This document shows, piece after piece, positions 48,669 to 61,933 of a DNA stretch of 64,000 nucleotides (within the stretch, counting starts at the first letter, position 1; each line of letters begins with the position of its first letter). The stretch is from Cetorhinus maximus (taxonomy: Eukaryota): assembly GCF_964194155.1 (NCBI RefSeq), contig NC_135889.1, positions 54,746,001-54,810,000 on the forward strand. The letters run 5' to 3'. The translations under genes and the position numbers were made by a program. The notes beneath the pieces were generated by a model. It searched no databases. It was given only the letters and a program-made list of their open reading frames with translations, and was not told the DNA's origin.

Positions 48669-49895
48669 CTAGCTGAAGGAGCATTGGATCAAAGCCTCCC
48701 GGGTGTCCCTGCCACCCTGGAGGTTGCCCAGGTCAGCGTCTATCCCCTCAGCGTTCTCCTGAGCGTGTTTGTCCTCGGGCTCGCTACTGGACTCATCGTC
48801 TGCAGCCAGAGCAGCTGCGTCAGGCATCTTCTTCCTCCACTGTGTCCCCCCTTTCCAGCGCCAGATTGTGGAGAGTGCAGCATGCAACCGCTATCAGTGA
48901 CACACGATCTGGAGGGTATTGGAGTGCACCCTCTGAACGGTCCAGGCATCAGAAGCGCATCTTGAGAAGACCAATGGTTCTGTCCACCACAGCCCTTGTG
49001 GAGGCATGGCTCCTATTGTACCGCTGCTCAGCCGCTTTTCTTTGATGGTGGAGAGGTGTCATGAGCCACCTTCTGAGGGGATAACCCTTCTCACCCAGCA
49101 GCCATCCGTCAGGCCGGGCTGGAGCACTGAAGAGCCCCGGCACCTGGGAGTGTCTCAGGATATAAGCGTTTTGGGAGCTGCCTGGGTACCTTGCACAGAC
49201 TTGTAGAATCTGCATCCTGTGCTCACACACTATCTGCACGTTCATGGAGTGGAAGCTCTTCCTGTTGACGAAGGCACCGGGTTCACTTGCTGGCTCCTTG
49301 ATGGCCACATGTGTGCAGTCGATGGCACCCTGGATGAGGGGGAAGCCAGCAATCGCTGCGAAGCCTTTGGCTCGCTCTGCCTGGCTGGCCTCGTCTCTGC
49401 GGTAGTGAATGAAAGTCAACGCACGCCTTAACAGAGCGTCTGTCACCAGCTTGACACAACTGGTTGGGAGACTCCACAAAGATCACCCACCGACCCCTGG
49501 AAAGAGCCGGAGGCATAGAAGTTGAGGGCCACTCTGACCTTCAGCAGCACTCGCATGGGATGTCCACTCACACTATTGGAGTTGATCTCAGGGCCGATCA
49601 TTTGACGGATGGAGGTCACGGTCTCCCTTGAGTGGCGGAGCTTCCTTCAGCGTTGCACCTCAGACATATTGAGGTATCTGCATTGCCGCCTGCAAACCCT
49701 GGCAGCAGGATAGTGGCGTTGACTTCGGCCCCTTCCGCCTTGGACTTCCTGTTGGCCCTGCGCCCCTTGTGCCTGCGCCTCTCCTCCCACAGGTCACTCC
49801 CCTGGAGGCTGAATAGTGACACCTGGCCTCCTCCCTCTTCTGCCCCTCTCTTCCTCCTCAGAGGAGGTGCCTCCAGCGGAGAACACAATTCCCAT
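48669..49895 (-). pseudogene. Harbinger DDE transposase (HARBI1-like), with stops and frameshifts
   Basis: [85 protein letters not shown]. Confidence 0.95.
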
Positions 49896-50582
49896 TCCCA
49901 GGGTAAGGGAAGGCTGTCTGATACCTGGAAGGCCCCAAGTGTTATGATTCCTCCAGAGTCCTGAACTGAAGCCTGTTCTTTCTGTCAAAGCAGCTGTGAA
50001 GCGAAATGAAGTTGTCCTGTTCACACAAGCAAGTAGCAGTAAGTTATAATCTAAAGTACTAACAACTCGCATTAGTGAGCCCACTCACCCCTCTTATCCC
50101 GCCCGTGGATGAGGTTTTTGAAAATGTGGCCTATCTGCCTGCCCGCTGTGCCCATGCGACTCCCTGAAAATCGCACTGGCTGCGTAAAATCAAATTCAAT
50201 TGGTGCCTCAAGGGCCTTAACTGGCCTGTTAATTAATGGCGGGCACACCTCCGTCATCATCGTGTGCCTGCCTACCGAAATATCACGAGAGTGCACGGTG
50301 ACGTCGGGACGCACGCCCAACGTCACCATGCGTCATTTTACGTTCCGGCGTGTCAGGCCTGTGCTCGCGCACCGAATGTAAAATTCTGCCTGACAACTCT
50401 GGTCTGGCTGAGTTTCTGGTCAATATTGATTATACCCTATTCCAAGACGTTGAGGTGAAAGATTCAGTGACAGTACTGCAATTAATTGTCGAGGAATGTA
50501 GTTAACGTTAATTGTATATCAGTTATGTTTAATTATATGAAGGTGGAGGGCATTAATTGGGATTTCATTTCAGCACTTAAAA

Positions 50583-50725
50583 ATAGCTCTGAAGAAGGGT
50601 CATATGGACTCAAAACGTTAACTTTCTTTTTCTCTCTCCACAGATGCTGTCAGACCTGCTGAGTTTTTCCAGCATTTTCTGTTTTGTTTCAGATTTCCAG
50701 CATCTGCAATATTTTGCTTTTCACT
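50583..50725 (+). mobile_element. Short Penelope pseudo-LTR remnant with decayed hammerhead motif
   Basis: CTGAAGA-A-GGGTC(ATATG)GACTC-AAA-ACGT-T, followed by GATGCTGTCAGACCTGCTGAGTTTTTCCAGC as in the 11.1 and 27.3 kb copies. Confidence 0.8.
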
Positions 50726-51374
50726 TACTGAAATTGTTGTGTGTTTGAGTTAGGAAATAAATGCTTGTAATGTTTCACTCTAAATAAATGTAAGACTGCA
50801 TAAGATTTGGTTCCATTATCATCCTTCACCGACTGGCTTTCCAGAATAAAATAGTTAGGCACATCCTTGTTGGAGGTGGTCATTGTTTGGGACTGCGGCA
50901 TGGATGTTACTTGCCAGTTATTAACCAATGAGTACATATTTTACAGATAATGTCCATTTCCTTTGCTTACAAAAAGGTCATGCCAAGCTGTTTCAATCAT
51001 GTTTGGAAGTTAGTATTAAGCTGCACAATTTATGCAAATTATATCAGTCATCCCAAAGTATTATTGAGCTCAATAACATGGCCTGATCTCCTGAGCTGAT
51101 TTTCAAAATACACTTTCTACCACTACTCTCCTTATCAATTACATTGGTGCATAATTAGAAACTCGGGCTTTGAAGCTTGAATAATGCTTTGAAACCATCT
51201 TCTCTCTCCCCCCGCCCCTCCCCCCCTCTCCCCAACCTCTCTCTGTGTAGGGATAATTTTACGAAATTGCTGTGACAGTGGAACTTGTCACTCCAGAAGT
51301 ACATATGGTTGCCTATAATTTGCACCAGGAATTTCTAGGCCTCTTTATTTGAAAAGCTTGCAAAATTCATTTTT

Positions 51375-51868
51375 TAAAAATCTATTCATTCATAGGATGT
51401 TGGTGCAACTGGCTAGACTGAGATTTATTGCCCTATCCTAATTGCCCTTGAGAAGATGGGAAGATGGTGGTGAACAGCCTTCTTGAACCGCTGCAGTCCA
51501 TGTTTTGTAGGAACACCCACAGTGCTGTTAGGAAGAGAGTTCCAGGATTTTGACCCAGCAGCGGTGAAGGAATGGTGATATAGTTCCAAGTCAGGATGAT
51601 GTGTGGCTTGGTGGGGAACTTGCAGGTTGAGGTGTTCCCATGCATCTGCTGCCCTTGTCCTTCTAGGTGATAGAGGTCATGGGTTTAGAAGGTGCTGTCA
51701 CAGGAGCCTTGGTGAGTTGCTGCAGTGCATCTTGTAGATGGTACACATTGCTTCCGCTGTGCATTGATGGTGAAGTTTAAGGTGTGGATGGGGTACCAAT
51801 TAAGTGGGCTGCTTTGTCCTGGATGGTGTCAAGCAGCAGAGTGTTGTTGGAGCTGCACTCATCCAGGA
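51375..51868 (-). mobile_element. LINE family B, short 3' fragment
   Basis: Collinear with 29212-29700 and 8403-8820. Confidence 0.9.
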
Positions 51869-52599
51869 AAGACACGGACTGCTTCATTAATGAAATTCAA
51901 TTAACTTGATTTTTTTGGGATGAGAAAATTTTATGTCTCTGTCTCTGACTCCTCTACATTTGGCTGGCTGGTCAGCTATCTCTGAATTAATTTATCTCCC
52001 TAAACTTGAAAAAAAATGGCAATTGAGAATGAAAAAATACTTCATCATGAGGACAATATATATTTCCAGTTCTGAGACAGCCAATTTTGGTCATGTAACA
52101 TTACATCTTTCTGCATAAATACTGATGATATCGTTTTCTACTTACTGAAATTAGTTTTACTTTGCAGATTGATTTGAAGAGACTGTTCAAAGTTTCTGTA
52201 CAGCAGTGGTCTAATATGTACAGTAGGTGCACTAGGGTAAATCATAAAGAAATACATTTCTGTTACCATGCTAATCCTGGGTTAGCTGTGGCCTAACATA
52301 ATCCTAAAATTGTAGGATTCCATTCCTGGCACAGAGTCTTACTTGACTGAAAGACTCTTCAGATGTGTGATCAGGTGTGAAGGTCGATACGGCTGATGTT
52401 TAGCATTCCTAATTTTTGGGCTGTTGAAATCAATAACTGAAAAATTTGCAGCTTCATGGATCAGTGAAAATTTGAGATATACCTCTGCCTGGGCAGGGAT
52501 TTGCCAATCAGCTCCTTTGCTTGAATAAGCCCAGTGAGACCTCTTAATGCTGCAATAACAGAATTACTCAAGCTGAAATTTTTCAACATGCTAGAAAAC

Positions 52600-53930
52600 C
52601 CAATAGTTATGTGTGGTAGAAAACATAGATAGTTTAAGTAAGATATATTTGTATTTGTGGGTGTTAGGAATGGGTTTTAGCTTTAATGTTGTTTAAGTTT
52701 GATTTGTATTTCTGCATTTGTGTGTTCAGAAAAGGTCAAGTTGAGTTTTAGTTTCACTTTAAAAGGTGCCTGCATTTCTAATGAGAGTTTAGTGACTGTT
52801 GCAGCTAAGTTAAACAAGCAAGAGTAGAGAAACTGGGCTGGTGCCTAGCAACAGGGGTCCAGAGAGGTAGGTCCCTCCCACAGGCACACAGTAGAAACTA
52901 GAAACAACAGTTTGATTTGGAAGCTGTTTGAGTTCAGCTGGTTTTGAAAACAGCTACCAGGAAAGACTGGAGCAAAGGGGACAGATAGCCAGCCCTAAGT
53001 TAAAGGAAAGACCCCAAAATCCAGGGGAGTGGAACAGGTGAAAGTCCCAAGAAGGCCTTCTAGTCAAAGGGAAGGACCGGAACCTGGAAAAGGTCCTGTT
53101 AAGTGAAGTTAAGAGTGAGGGGCAGAGAGAGGGGCCTCCAAGCTTCAGATTTAAAGAGACAGAAGCTACAGAATGCAGATTTAAAGCGAGAACAGCTTAC
53201 AAAAGACCAGAAGGTCCGAAGAGATGGTTGAAGGTCTGTAACGTTTTGCTATGAGCATGTGAAGCAGTGGTGTACTGTTGACGGCTGAGTCGGTGAGAGA
53301 GAGTGTGTGGAAGACAGCTTGAATGCATGTGATGACCCAGGGAAGAGGGACATCGGAAGGAGAGATCAAAACCTGGAGGTGAACCCTTGTGAAAGGTGTC
53401 TGAGAGAAAGCGTGGGTTTGGGAGAAGATTCCGAAGTGAGTTCTTGGAGAGTGGAGATTGGAAACTCTCGTGTGAAAGACAGAGTTCAGTGAGACCAGTT
53501 GGCTCACTGGGTAACAAGTGCCTGGGGGGAGTTGAAAAGAGATCCATAGCATCTGCCTGGGGTGGCATCTGTCACTTGGCTTCAGAGTATGGTGTGTCTG
53601 ACCATGGTTTACCAATTGCTTTATATGGACTGTACTTACTGTGAACATTAGAGTGTAAGATAGCTTTTGTAACTTGTGTTATCCTTACAAATCTGTATAT
53701 ATCTGTAAATGTATAGTTGTGGGCAAAGGAGTATTGTATAATAGTTAATCTTTTCTTGTTTAATAAATGTTTTATTCTTTTAATAAAAGTTCATTAGCTG
53801 ACTCCAGTTACTCTGTTCAGTAGCCCCTCTCCAGGTATCTAAACAAACAAATAAAAGTTAGGATCTATCAAGCTGCGTTCCACCCTGGGATCAGGCTTGT
53901 CCAGAGGTAACCTCAGCTGGGATCATAACA
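52600..53930 (+). mobile_element. Solo LTR (different family); 5' boundary uncertain
   Basis: Ends GGGATCATAACA, with AATAAA signals at ~53762 and ~53850, a purine-rich U3-like body and a CCTAGCAAC motif. Confidence 0.6.
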
Positions 53931-54300
53931 TGTGGAAAAGCCAGAGTTGGACCACACCTGGAGTACTGTGAACAATTTTGGACACCACTCCTTAGGAAGG
54001 ATACATTGACCTTGTAGAAAGTACAGCATAGATTTAGAATAATAATATCTGGACTCTTAAGGTTAAATAATGAGGATTGATTACGCAAACTAATTTAGAA
54101 GATTAAGGGGTGATTTGATATTAAGGAGGAACTGAATAGGGTAGATAGAAACTATTTCCACTAGTTGAGGAGACTAAAATTGGGGATGGAGCCTAAACAT
54201 TGCAGTTGGATCTTTCCAGAGTGAAGTTAGGAAACATTTCTACAAAGGGTGGTCAAAGTTTGGAACCGTCAAATGGCTGTTGATGCTACATCAGTCACTA
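53931..54300 (+). mobile_element. Decayed CR1 fragment
   Basis: GPHLEYCEQFWTPLLRKDTLTL*KVQHRF and GAAGTTAGGAAACATTTC...AGGGTGGTC. Confidence 0.75.
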
Positions 54301-54575
54301 ATTAGCTCTGCCCTGAAGGTGGGCAGAGGTAACATTTTCACCCTGTTGGTCTATTTGTCTATAAACAATATATCTGAAAAACGAATGGATGGATTTCAAC
54401 GAAACTTGTTAGAGATAGAGTATGGCCCAAGGAAGAATTGATTAGTTTTTGGTGAAGATTCAAATCTGTATCTGGATCCCGGAATTTTTTTAAGGGTCCA
54501 TTAACATTGGGAGATAGGGCAAAGTGACATTTTCTTCTAGAATGTTCCTCAGTGCCTGATGTGCTTCTCTTCTAG
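54300..54575 (+). mobile_element. Short non-autonomous repeat resembling fish Crypton-V-type elements
   Basis: Start ATTAGCTCTGCCC..GGGCAGAGGT hairpin, body TGGATGGATTTCAACGAAACTTG..TATGGCCCAAGGAAGAA..TTTTGGTGAAGAT..TGGATCC, end TTCTAGT. Family recalled from memory, not searched. Confidence 0.5.
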
Positions 54576-54810
54576 TCCCAGAGAGTCCAAAGGTTGATTC
54601 TTTTCAGTCTTCTCTTTTGGATCAGTCTTACATTGAAAATTCTTTGTTGTCCTTGAAGTTCAGTCACCCTGCAACCTACACTCCGCTTCCCAGCAGTGAT
54701 GACAGCAATGCTGCTAAAGTGTTGTCTTATTCTGCAGATGATGATGTCCTACCTGATGCAGAAGAATGTCCTCATGTCTGCAAGACAACTTCCCTAAGGG
54801 CCTAAAATAC

Positions 54811-55212
54811 TGTGGGGGATAGAATCCCCCAGAACAGTGACTTGGGGAGGGCAAGAGTATGAGTTAGATAGAATCTATGCTTGTAAAACAAAGAGTTAAA
54901 GAAATGTAATGTAAGTAGTTAAAGACATAGTTGAAGTAGGATAGTACGCTTGGAGGGAAGTGTAGTATAAAGGGTTGACAGATGGGATATGCTAATGAAT
55001 GACGTAGATGATGTACTACAGATATGAGTCAGTCATGTTTTAAGCTCGAGAGAGGTTGGAATCATACCTATGAACAACGTGCCTACTTGGTTACCTGTTT
55101 AGAAGTAGTGCCAATAAAGAAGTATTAAGCAGATAATGGAGTATGTCTACAATCTGTCTAATAACCAAGTCCTGCACCTAGAGTCCAAGGTAGAAGGACC
55201 CATCTCACAACA
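54811..55212 (+). mobile_element. Possible short solo LTR
   Basis: TGTGGGGG...CACAACA termini, TATAAA at ~54966 and AATAAA at ~55113; no TSD found. Confidence 0.4.
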
Positions 55213-55217
55213 GGAGG

Positions 55218-55325
55218 AATAAAAACAGAAAATGCTGGAAATACTCAGCAGGCCTGGCAGCAATTTTGGAGAGAGAAACAGCATTAACATTTCAGGTCAA
55301 TGACCTGCCACTAGAACTAGGAAAA
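55218..55325 (-). mobile_element. Penelope pseudo-LTR remnant
   Basis: AAAACAGAAAATGCTGGAAATACTCAGCAGG..GGCAGC; on minus, AGGTC(ATT)GACCT-GAA-ATGT-T is a hammerhead stem II remnant. Confidence 0.7.
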
Positions 55326-55354
55326 GTTACAAATGTAATAGGTTTTGGGGAAGG

Positions 55355-56480
55355 GAGCCTTGCCTCTACCAGAAATGTGATTGAATAAACAGTCGGCTGT
55401 TATGACGTGGCAGATGATGTGTGCCAGGTGAATCAAATCCACGAGGGAAACTTGATCACTTGGTCACAACGGTTTTGCAATTTGTAATTATTTTGAGATG
55501 TGTGCCCTGAATTCAGTAGTAACACGTCCACCAAGACTATAGAGATTTTTTAGAAAACTAAATTAAACATTTATTAACAAAATAAAAGATTTCAAGCACA
55601 TACATAGGTCTACAAATTACTACTATAATAACTCCTAAAACACCTAATTAATCTGGCTTCCAGTTATACTCCCCACCCCATTAAGGCAATGGTAAAACAA
55701 TAGATTTTAAACAGATCCAGGCAAGTCAACACAATAACCTGGACAGTAGAATTCAAAGTAGCATTTCCCATTTTGGTTTCTGTAGACAGCAGCTTAGTGC
55801 ATAAATACTGGAGGCTTTTCACACTTCTGGTAGATCTTACAAGGCCTTCCTAGCACTTAGCCTCATCTCCTTTATACATGTTTCTCCCTTTTAATGCAAA
55901 TTCCATTGTCCCCATATGTCTTTGGAACCTTACTTTTCTCATAATAAAAGTTATTGCATGGTGCTCAATATTATCAGTAACCTTTGGGAAAATTGAACAC
56001 TCTGCTTGGCCTAGCTTCTCTGGCTAGGTGTAATATCCTACCATCTCTTTAAATTTCAAACTACCCTTATTTATCTAAAAATGCAAATTCTCCTCACCTC
56101 ACATTCTAAAACTTCAGCCATGTTTACGTATTTAGCATTTCAAACCGAGCTTCTTTTGATGAATCAAAGCCTCCAGACCAGCTGCCTCCAATTCAATTAA
56201 ATCCCCCCCCCCACACACACACACACACACAGAAACTATCCAAACCCCACTATTAACCTACTTTTACAATAAATCACAATAATATTATGAGAATTATTAT
56301 ACTTTCATGACATCATTTTGAAACATAAGTCCTGCTTGGAGAAGTTGTGCAATACTGTCCCGATTATCTCCAAATCTCTTGCCAACTGCTGCTTGCTCCA
56401 TAACTTTGTGCTGCAAATGCACCAATCCTTGGAAGCACCTGGGGAGGAAGAAATTCAGAAGTGGGGGAAAAAAACGGTGA
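55355..56480 (+). pseudogene. Ancient Harbinger transposase C-terminal remnant, split by a solo LTR
   Basis: ASTRNVIE*TVG before the LTR and LKHK..CCLLHNFVL after it, matching the HASTR.V.ERTIG..CCALHN motif order. Confidence 0.55.
55398..56312 (-). mobile_element. Solo LTR, family A
   Basis: TGTTATGA...TCATGACA termini; reverse-complement homologue of 36173-37078; contains a (CA)n tract at ~56212-56231. Confidence 0.85.
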
Positions 56481-57039
56481 CTGGGAAGAAGGGGTCCATC
56501 AATTGCACCAGTTGTTGGAGCTGTGAAGCATGAAGTAATTGAGCTGTTCTTTACCTGAAAAAATTCTCTCCTTCCCAGTGCAACACCTCTCCCCACTCAC
56601 ATCTCACCAACTCCTCATTTAATGTCCATAAAGTGTACATGTTTTCTTTTTCTTCCTCTTCTTACTGCTGTTTTTCCCCCTTCCTCCTCTCTCCTCTTCA
56701 TCTCTTCTTCCTCCTTTCTCCTCTGCTTTGTGTTTCTCTTTCCCTTATGTCTCTATCAACTGTTTTTGGCCACTCATGGTGTCTGTCTCTACTCTGGCTC
56801 AATTCCATGTCTCCCAGTATGTATCTGAACTGCTATTTGCAGTGAACAAACTGAATGTCACCATACTTTGGGTTCTATTAGTGACCTTTCATTGTTGTGG
56901 GAAATTTTCTCCTCTAAGAGCAGCAGAAGAAGTGAAACAGCCCAGTTGTCAAAGCAAGATGCAGTTTATCTAAGTGTTGACATACAGCCCTATAGTGTTC
57001 ATAGAACATTACATTCAGATGCATTAGACAAGACGATTA

Positions 57040-57440
57040 TTTTGGGCTGAATGTATGTAAAGCTGAGAGTGACAGGACATTTCTATGTGAATGTTGTGGC
57101 TATTTAAAGTGAAATCCCACTGCGTTATGCATATGCCTGGTGAGGCATGCAAGTCCATTAAAAGGCAGGTAATAAGTGCCAAACATGCTCTATGTACATC
57201 AGCTGGTGCTGCAATAAATGACACAACTGTCGGTCATTTAGCTTCTGAAGCAGAGGCACCCGATGCTTTGCGCCTCAGTGAGGTTGGTGTATGAAATTCT
57301 GTCCTGAACACCAATGTGGTAAAGATCCTGCTGCAGCACCCCCATCTTCACCCTTTTGCAGCAGATGCAGGTCAGTGCACTTTCTCTCGCTGGTGCTGCT
57401 GTTCTTCGTCCTTGAGTCCCAGTGGCAGACAGCGAAACAC
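57040..57440 (-). pseudogene. Ancient Harbinger transposase N-terminal remnant
   Basis: YHIGVQDRISYTNLTEAQSIGCLCFRS aligns by eye with YPAARVCRRQCRYLNMSEVQR.RKLR of the 49.7 kb transposase; a GFH-like remnant lies near 57115. Confidence 0.4.
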
Positions 57441-59113
57441 GCATGACAACAGGAATTGTGCAGAACTTTGAAGTACAGAAAAAACTCCTGCATCCCCAAA
57501 AAGGTAGTTAAAGGAATTTTTAAAACATGGCATGTAGGATCACAGTAGGTTCTCAAAGTTTGGCTGATCTTGTAAGGTAACAACTTATTATTTACTTTCA
57601 AGGTGTGTGATATGGTTGAGCTGTCATGCACATTGGAGGCAACCTCTTCTCAAGTCTTTGGCATTGTACTCTCTTCTGGGCCACTTTTTCTAGAAGACTC
57701 TTGATTGACCCACAATAACCAGGCTGCTCTCTGGCCAACTGCACACTTCGCAGAAATTGTTGAGATACAGTTTCCAATTTTTAAACAACACATATTTCCC
57801 CCACTCTGCACCATGTTACTGGACAAGCTCCCAATGAGAAGCATCCTCCATGCGTGAGGTTTGCCCAGATTATTATAATTAGGCTGACCCCAGCAATTTC
57901 GCTGAGGCCAGAGCGGGGTGCAACTTGGATACAATCCAACTTCTGGTGGGGCTTATGCCAGATCTAATCATCTACATTCTCATGTCCAGTACTGCTATGT
58001 TGCTTGTGCGTGTAACGGTCACAGCAGAATTAACCTGCTTTGCATCAATTTAATTTCATGAACCAATGGGCATCAGCCAGGCATGTACTGCACATTGTAT
58101 GTCTCAAATTAATGGAGCTTTTGTCAAGTTAAATTATTTTTATATCTGGTTTGCTGGGCTTGTACAGCACAATGGATGAAATTTAACACCTCTCAAATAT
58201 TGATTTTGCCAATTCCTCAATGTATTTGTTTAATCAGGATGCTTCACAAAAAGTTGCATGCTTTAATTTGCCAGTTGTCTGATGTTGTATTTAAAACCTT
58301 TCCTCAAAATGTACTCTATCCCTCAGGACCTCATTGTCGTCGGGTCATACACAATTAATAGTCGCCCATTTTGTGTTGTTTGCTAATTCTTAATGCTTTG
58401 CTTTATGCAGCTATTTGCTTCAGTGCTTATTACTATTTGCTCAATAAGGCATCACACTATGTGGGACAGACTGGATTGACCAGTGGATCTTTTCCTGTCT
58501 GTCATTTTTGTGTTAGTTTGTACGTCCATGTAGCGTTATCTCCTGACATGATTCATAGCAGTTTATATGCCCACATTTTATAGTTTCTCTACAAGAAAAA
58601 AGCCAAGCTGTAGAACCTCAAAGAAATCACATTATGTTTTCAGTTTAATTTTGTCAAAGTTGAATAACAAATCCAGATCCTAAAAATCTGTAAACCATCC
58701 CTAAGTGCAAGGACCTGTTTAGTGGTGACCCCTGGCTTTGATGATAAGATATGCAGGGTTGAGGGGATGTCACCTGATTTAATTAAGTGGACAGTACCCA
58801 CATTATTAAGCTTGGGACTTGCCTGCCTATCAGAGGGACCCTGTGCATTCCACACTCACTGTATCGTGCTCAAACATCTTGGTGAGTTAAGGTTACTTAT
58901 TCTGAAATCATATGGAATTTGAAGATTTTAAAATTATGAAAATAATTTGTACTGTTGCAGAACTGGTAGCCTGTGTCTGAGTTCACTAAAGTAATTCACC
59001 ATGGAGGGAGTAGACTTGCATCATTTCTTTTTCACACTGCATGCAATGTAAAACCAGGGCATTGTTAAATCAGGTTTACAAAGTCATACCCTTATATTTT
59101 TCTAAATGTTTAT

Positions 59114-59785
59114 GGGCTTGATTTTTACCCCCCCCCCACCCCTCTGGGGACAGGTTGGCATACAGGAGCTCCTGTAAAATTCCATGGGTGCCATGCCTGC
59201 CATCTCCCTCTGCCCCACTGCAATTTTACCATTGGCAGAGAGCCGTCAGGATACGGCCCACCCGTGGGCCAAATTAGGCCCTTAAATGGCCACTTAATGA
59301 CCACTGAAGGGCCCAATCCCGCCACCATTGGGATTTAACCAGGAGCAGGAGAGGCCCATGCCAAGCATCTAGCCCGGCAGCTTTTACTGGGTGGGTTGGT
59401 GGCAGGCAAAAGTGAAGTGCCTCGTTAACAGTTTCCTTGGGTCCAATGGAGCACTCCCCATCCCCCTAACAAGGTCTTACAACCCCCCACATTCCCCCTA
59501 CTCTTAACCACTCCATCCCCACCTACCATACCAGGACCTGCCAGCCTTGCCTTGGCAAGACCTTCCTCGCTACTTATCTATACCTCCAGCTCCATGGCCC
59601 CTCGCTGTTGAGGACCTCTCCCAGTGGCACTGCTGGGACCAGAGAGCTGCCAGCCATTTGATTTGCTGGCAGCTTTTGGAGGCAACTACCTGCGGGGTAA
59701 TCTGTCGCAGCAGTGTCAGGCTCACCCTGATTTCTTCACCGGGACAGGGGGTGGCGGGACTGCAGCACACTGAAAATTCCAGCCT
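59114..59785. mobile_element. Harbinger-derived MITE
   Basis: TIRs GGGCTTGATTTT / AAAATTCCAGCCT, 3-bp TSD TAT on both sides, and internal GGCCAAATTAGGCCCTTAAATGGCCACTTAAT similar to the subterminal motifs of the full elements. Confidence 0.75.
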
Positions 59786-61933
59786 TATATTTCTAACTTA
59801 CATGATTATTACTCTGTAATATATATGTATTCAGGCATATCCTTAAGCACTATAGTTACTCACCCTTCCCTCTACCTCAGTGAGGCAGAAGCCCCCAGTT
59901 TAAAAAAAACTTGATTTTTCCTGACTAGAAGCTGAACTACAATGATATATTCTCAACTAGTAAACGCAGCATGAGTACATCCTTGTAACTAGCTGTTTAA
60001 TGAGCGTTGATTGATACTGGGAGTGTATCAATCTATCTAATATATTGTGACATAAATAATTTTTTGTTTCTAACTTTGTTTGAGGTTTAATAATATTAGC
60101 CTCGAGTTTCTTTAGTTCTGCACACTGAGTTTGAGTTACGCACCTGTTTGCACCTCTAGCCTCTTAATCCTTTGAGGATTAGATTATTACATCTGCTCAA
60201 CTATCTTTTATGTAACGAAAAGCTTAGTTCAATGAATCTCTCTTCACACCTGAGAGCCTCAAGTCCCTGTCTCCTATTCTTACAGTTCTTCCCTGAACCC
60301 TGAGTAGGGTATTCACTGTTATTGTAAAGCTCGAAGCTGAGAATTTGAGCTTCTGAGCAACCACGAACTCCACTCCTATGGAACTGTTTGGTTGTTTAGT
60401 TTTTGGCTAGGCCATAAGATCTTCTGTTAATATGTTATATAGCAGTAATAATGAAGGTTGCACAATTTATCAAGGCTCTGGAGTAATCAACTTTGACATC
60501 CGAAAAATAAATTGTTCTTTGGGGTTTTTAGCAAGAGGACCTGATACAAAATTTATATGGGCCTTTGTCCTGTAATTAGATTAATAGGAAACCAGTTGGA
60601 AGTAGGTTGGTACATAATTTTCATCCACTTGACATGCACAGCCTTTGATCCCACCATAACTTTAGAGTCAACTTCTCTATAATATTACAAGAGAGCTCCA
60701 GCTTTTGAAATTTGACTTTGTGCTCATCAATTGAACGGTGCCCATTGTACACTGTCACAGGATTTAAAAGTCTGTAGCAGCTTAAGGGGTTAGGCATCTG
60801 GTCACCTAGTTGTCAGAGAAACAACATTGAGGAGGACCAGCATGGTGGGTAGGAGAAATTCAGGAAACAGCCAGATTTCCTGATGGGACTTAGAAGCATT
60901 GGTACAAAAATAAGACAGAGGAATAGTTACTTTTGGAATAGCAAGTCACAGACCCCAGCCCCCAGGAAAGCTGGGGTGGGTGAACAGTGGGGGAGCTTTG
61001 GGGAACGGAAGTAGAGTGCCACATCGGTCATGACTCACATGTAAAGACAAGGCATAGACAGAGCTTGCTTTAAATGACATCGATAACATACCCAACAGCC
61101 CAATTTCAGAGAAACCCCTACTGTGCCAGTAACTCATCAATTTTCCCCACTGTTTATCATTAATGTTTTTTTGTCTAACAATGATAAATTCCTGTGTGCA
61201 TGATGGTGCATTCAACGTGACACTGACATAACCCACTGAAGATCCAATGGAGGTGAAAATTAGTTCTGATTATATCATACTTGCCATGCAAACAACAGAG
61301 TTACAGAAAAGTAGAAAATGGTTTTGAATGTTGTGCAGCCTGCGGGATAACGTAAACTAAATGAAACTTTAATCTAGTGTTAGTTTTAACAGGGATTGGT
61401 ATGGCATCACAGTTCTGGGGGCTGTGTGGTGGGTGTCATTAAAATATGTGGAAAATATTGGAAAAAGTGTCTGAAACTTATGACAGAAAGAAGTATTTGG
61501 TGCAACTTCAAATTTAACATTTTGTACTTCTCTGACTTTTGTTTATCCATGTGATGCCAAAAGAAAATATTTTCTGTATTTTAACAAAAAATCTTCATGA
61601 AATAATTTCATTTTAGAATCACTTCAACTTCATTACAAGTGCTTCTCATTTCCTGAAACCTCAATGTGGAAAAAATGCAGTTAATTAAATGAGCCTATCT
61701 CCACTGAACTAGATAGACAGACAAAATTGAATTCATATTCCAAGCTGTAATCAAACTGATTCCCCAGAGACATAGTATTATAAATCATTTTACAGTCTCC
61801 TTCTGGTGTAAAGTTCCAATAATTTACTTTTCCTTATTAAGGAATTTAAATACAAAAATATGTATTAATTCCTTGTACCATGCTATTGTACATCTAATAA
61901 TATATTCTTACAAACATAATTACTGGAATTCAT

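Larger units (their letters stand above)
46618..50391. mobile_element. Near-complete PIF/Harbinger DNA transposon (decayed), with convergent Myb/SANT and transposase genes
   Basis: TIRs GGGCAGAATTTTAC / GTAAAATTCTGCCT, flanks GAT/GAC; both Harbinger genes present. Confidence 0.95.

Noticed and set aside
48980-49100. Reciprocal D-to-E and E-to-D changes at catalytic residues (GEKGY, VVDRT) as a novel active site
   Set aside because: Each is a single-base change in a dead copy, and the second copy has canonical GD and VER.
48949-49479. Domesticated HARBI1 host gene
   Set aside because: It lies within TIRs beside a Myb partner, has stops and frameshifts, and a second decayed copy is 12 kb away, so it is a transposon copy.
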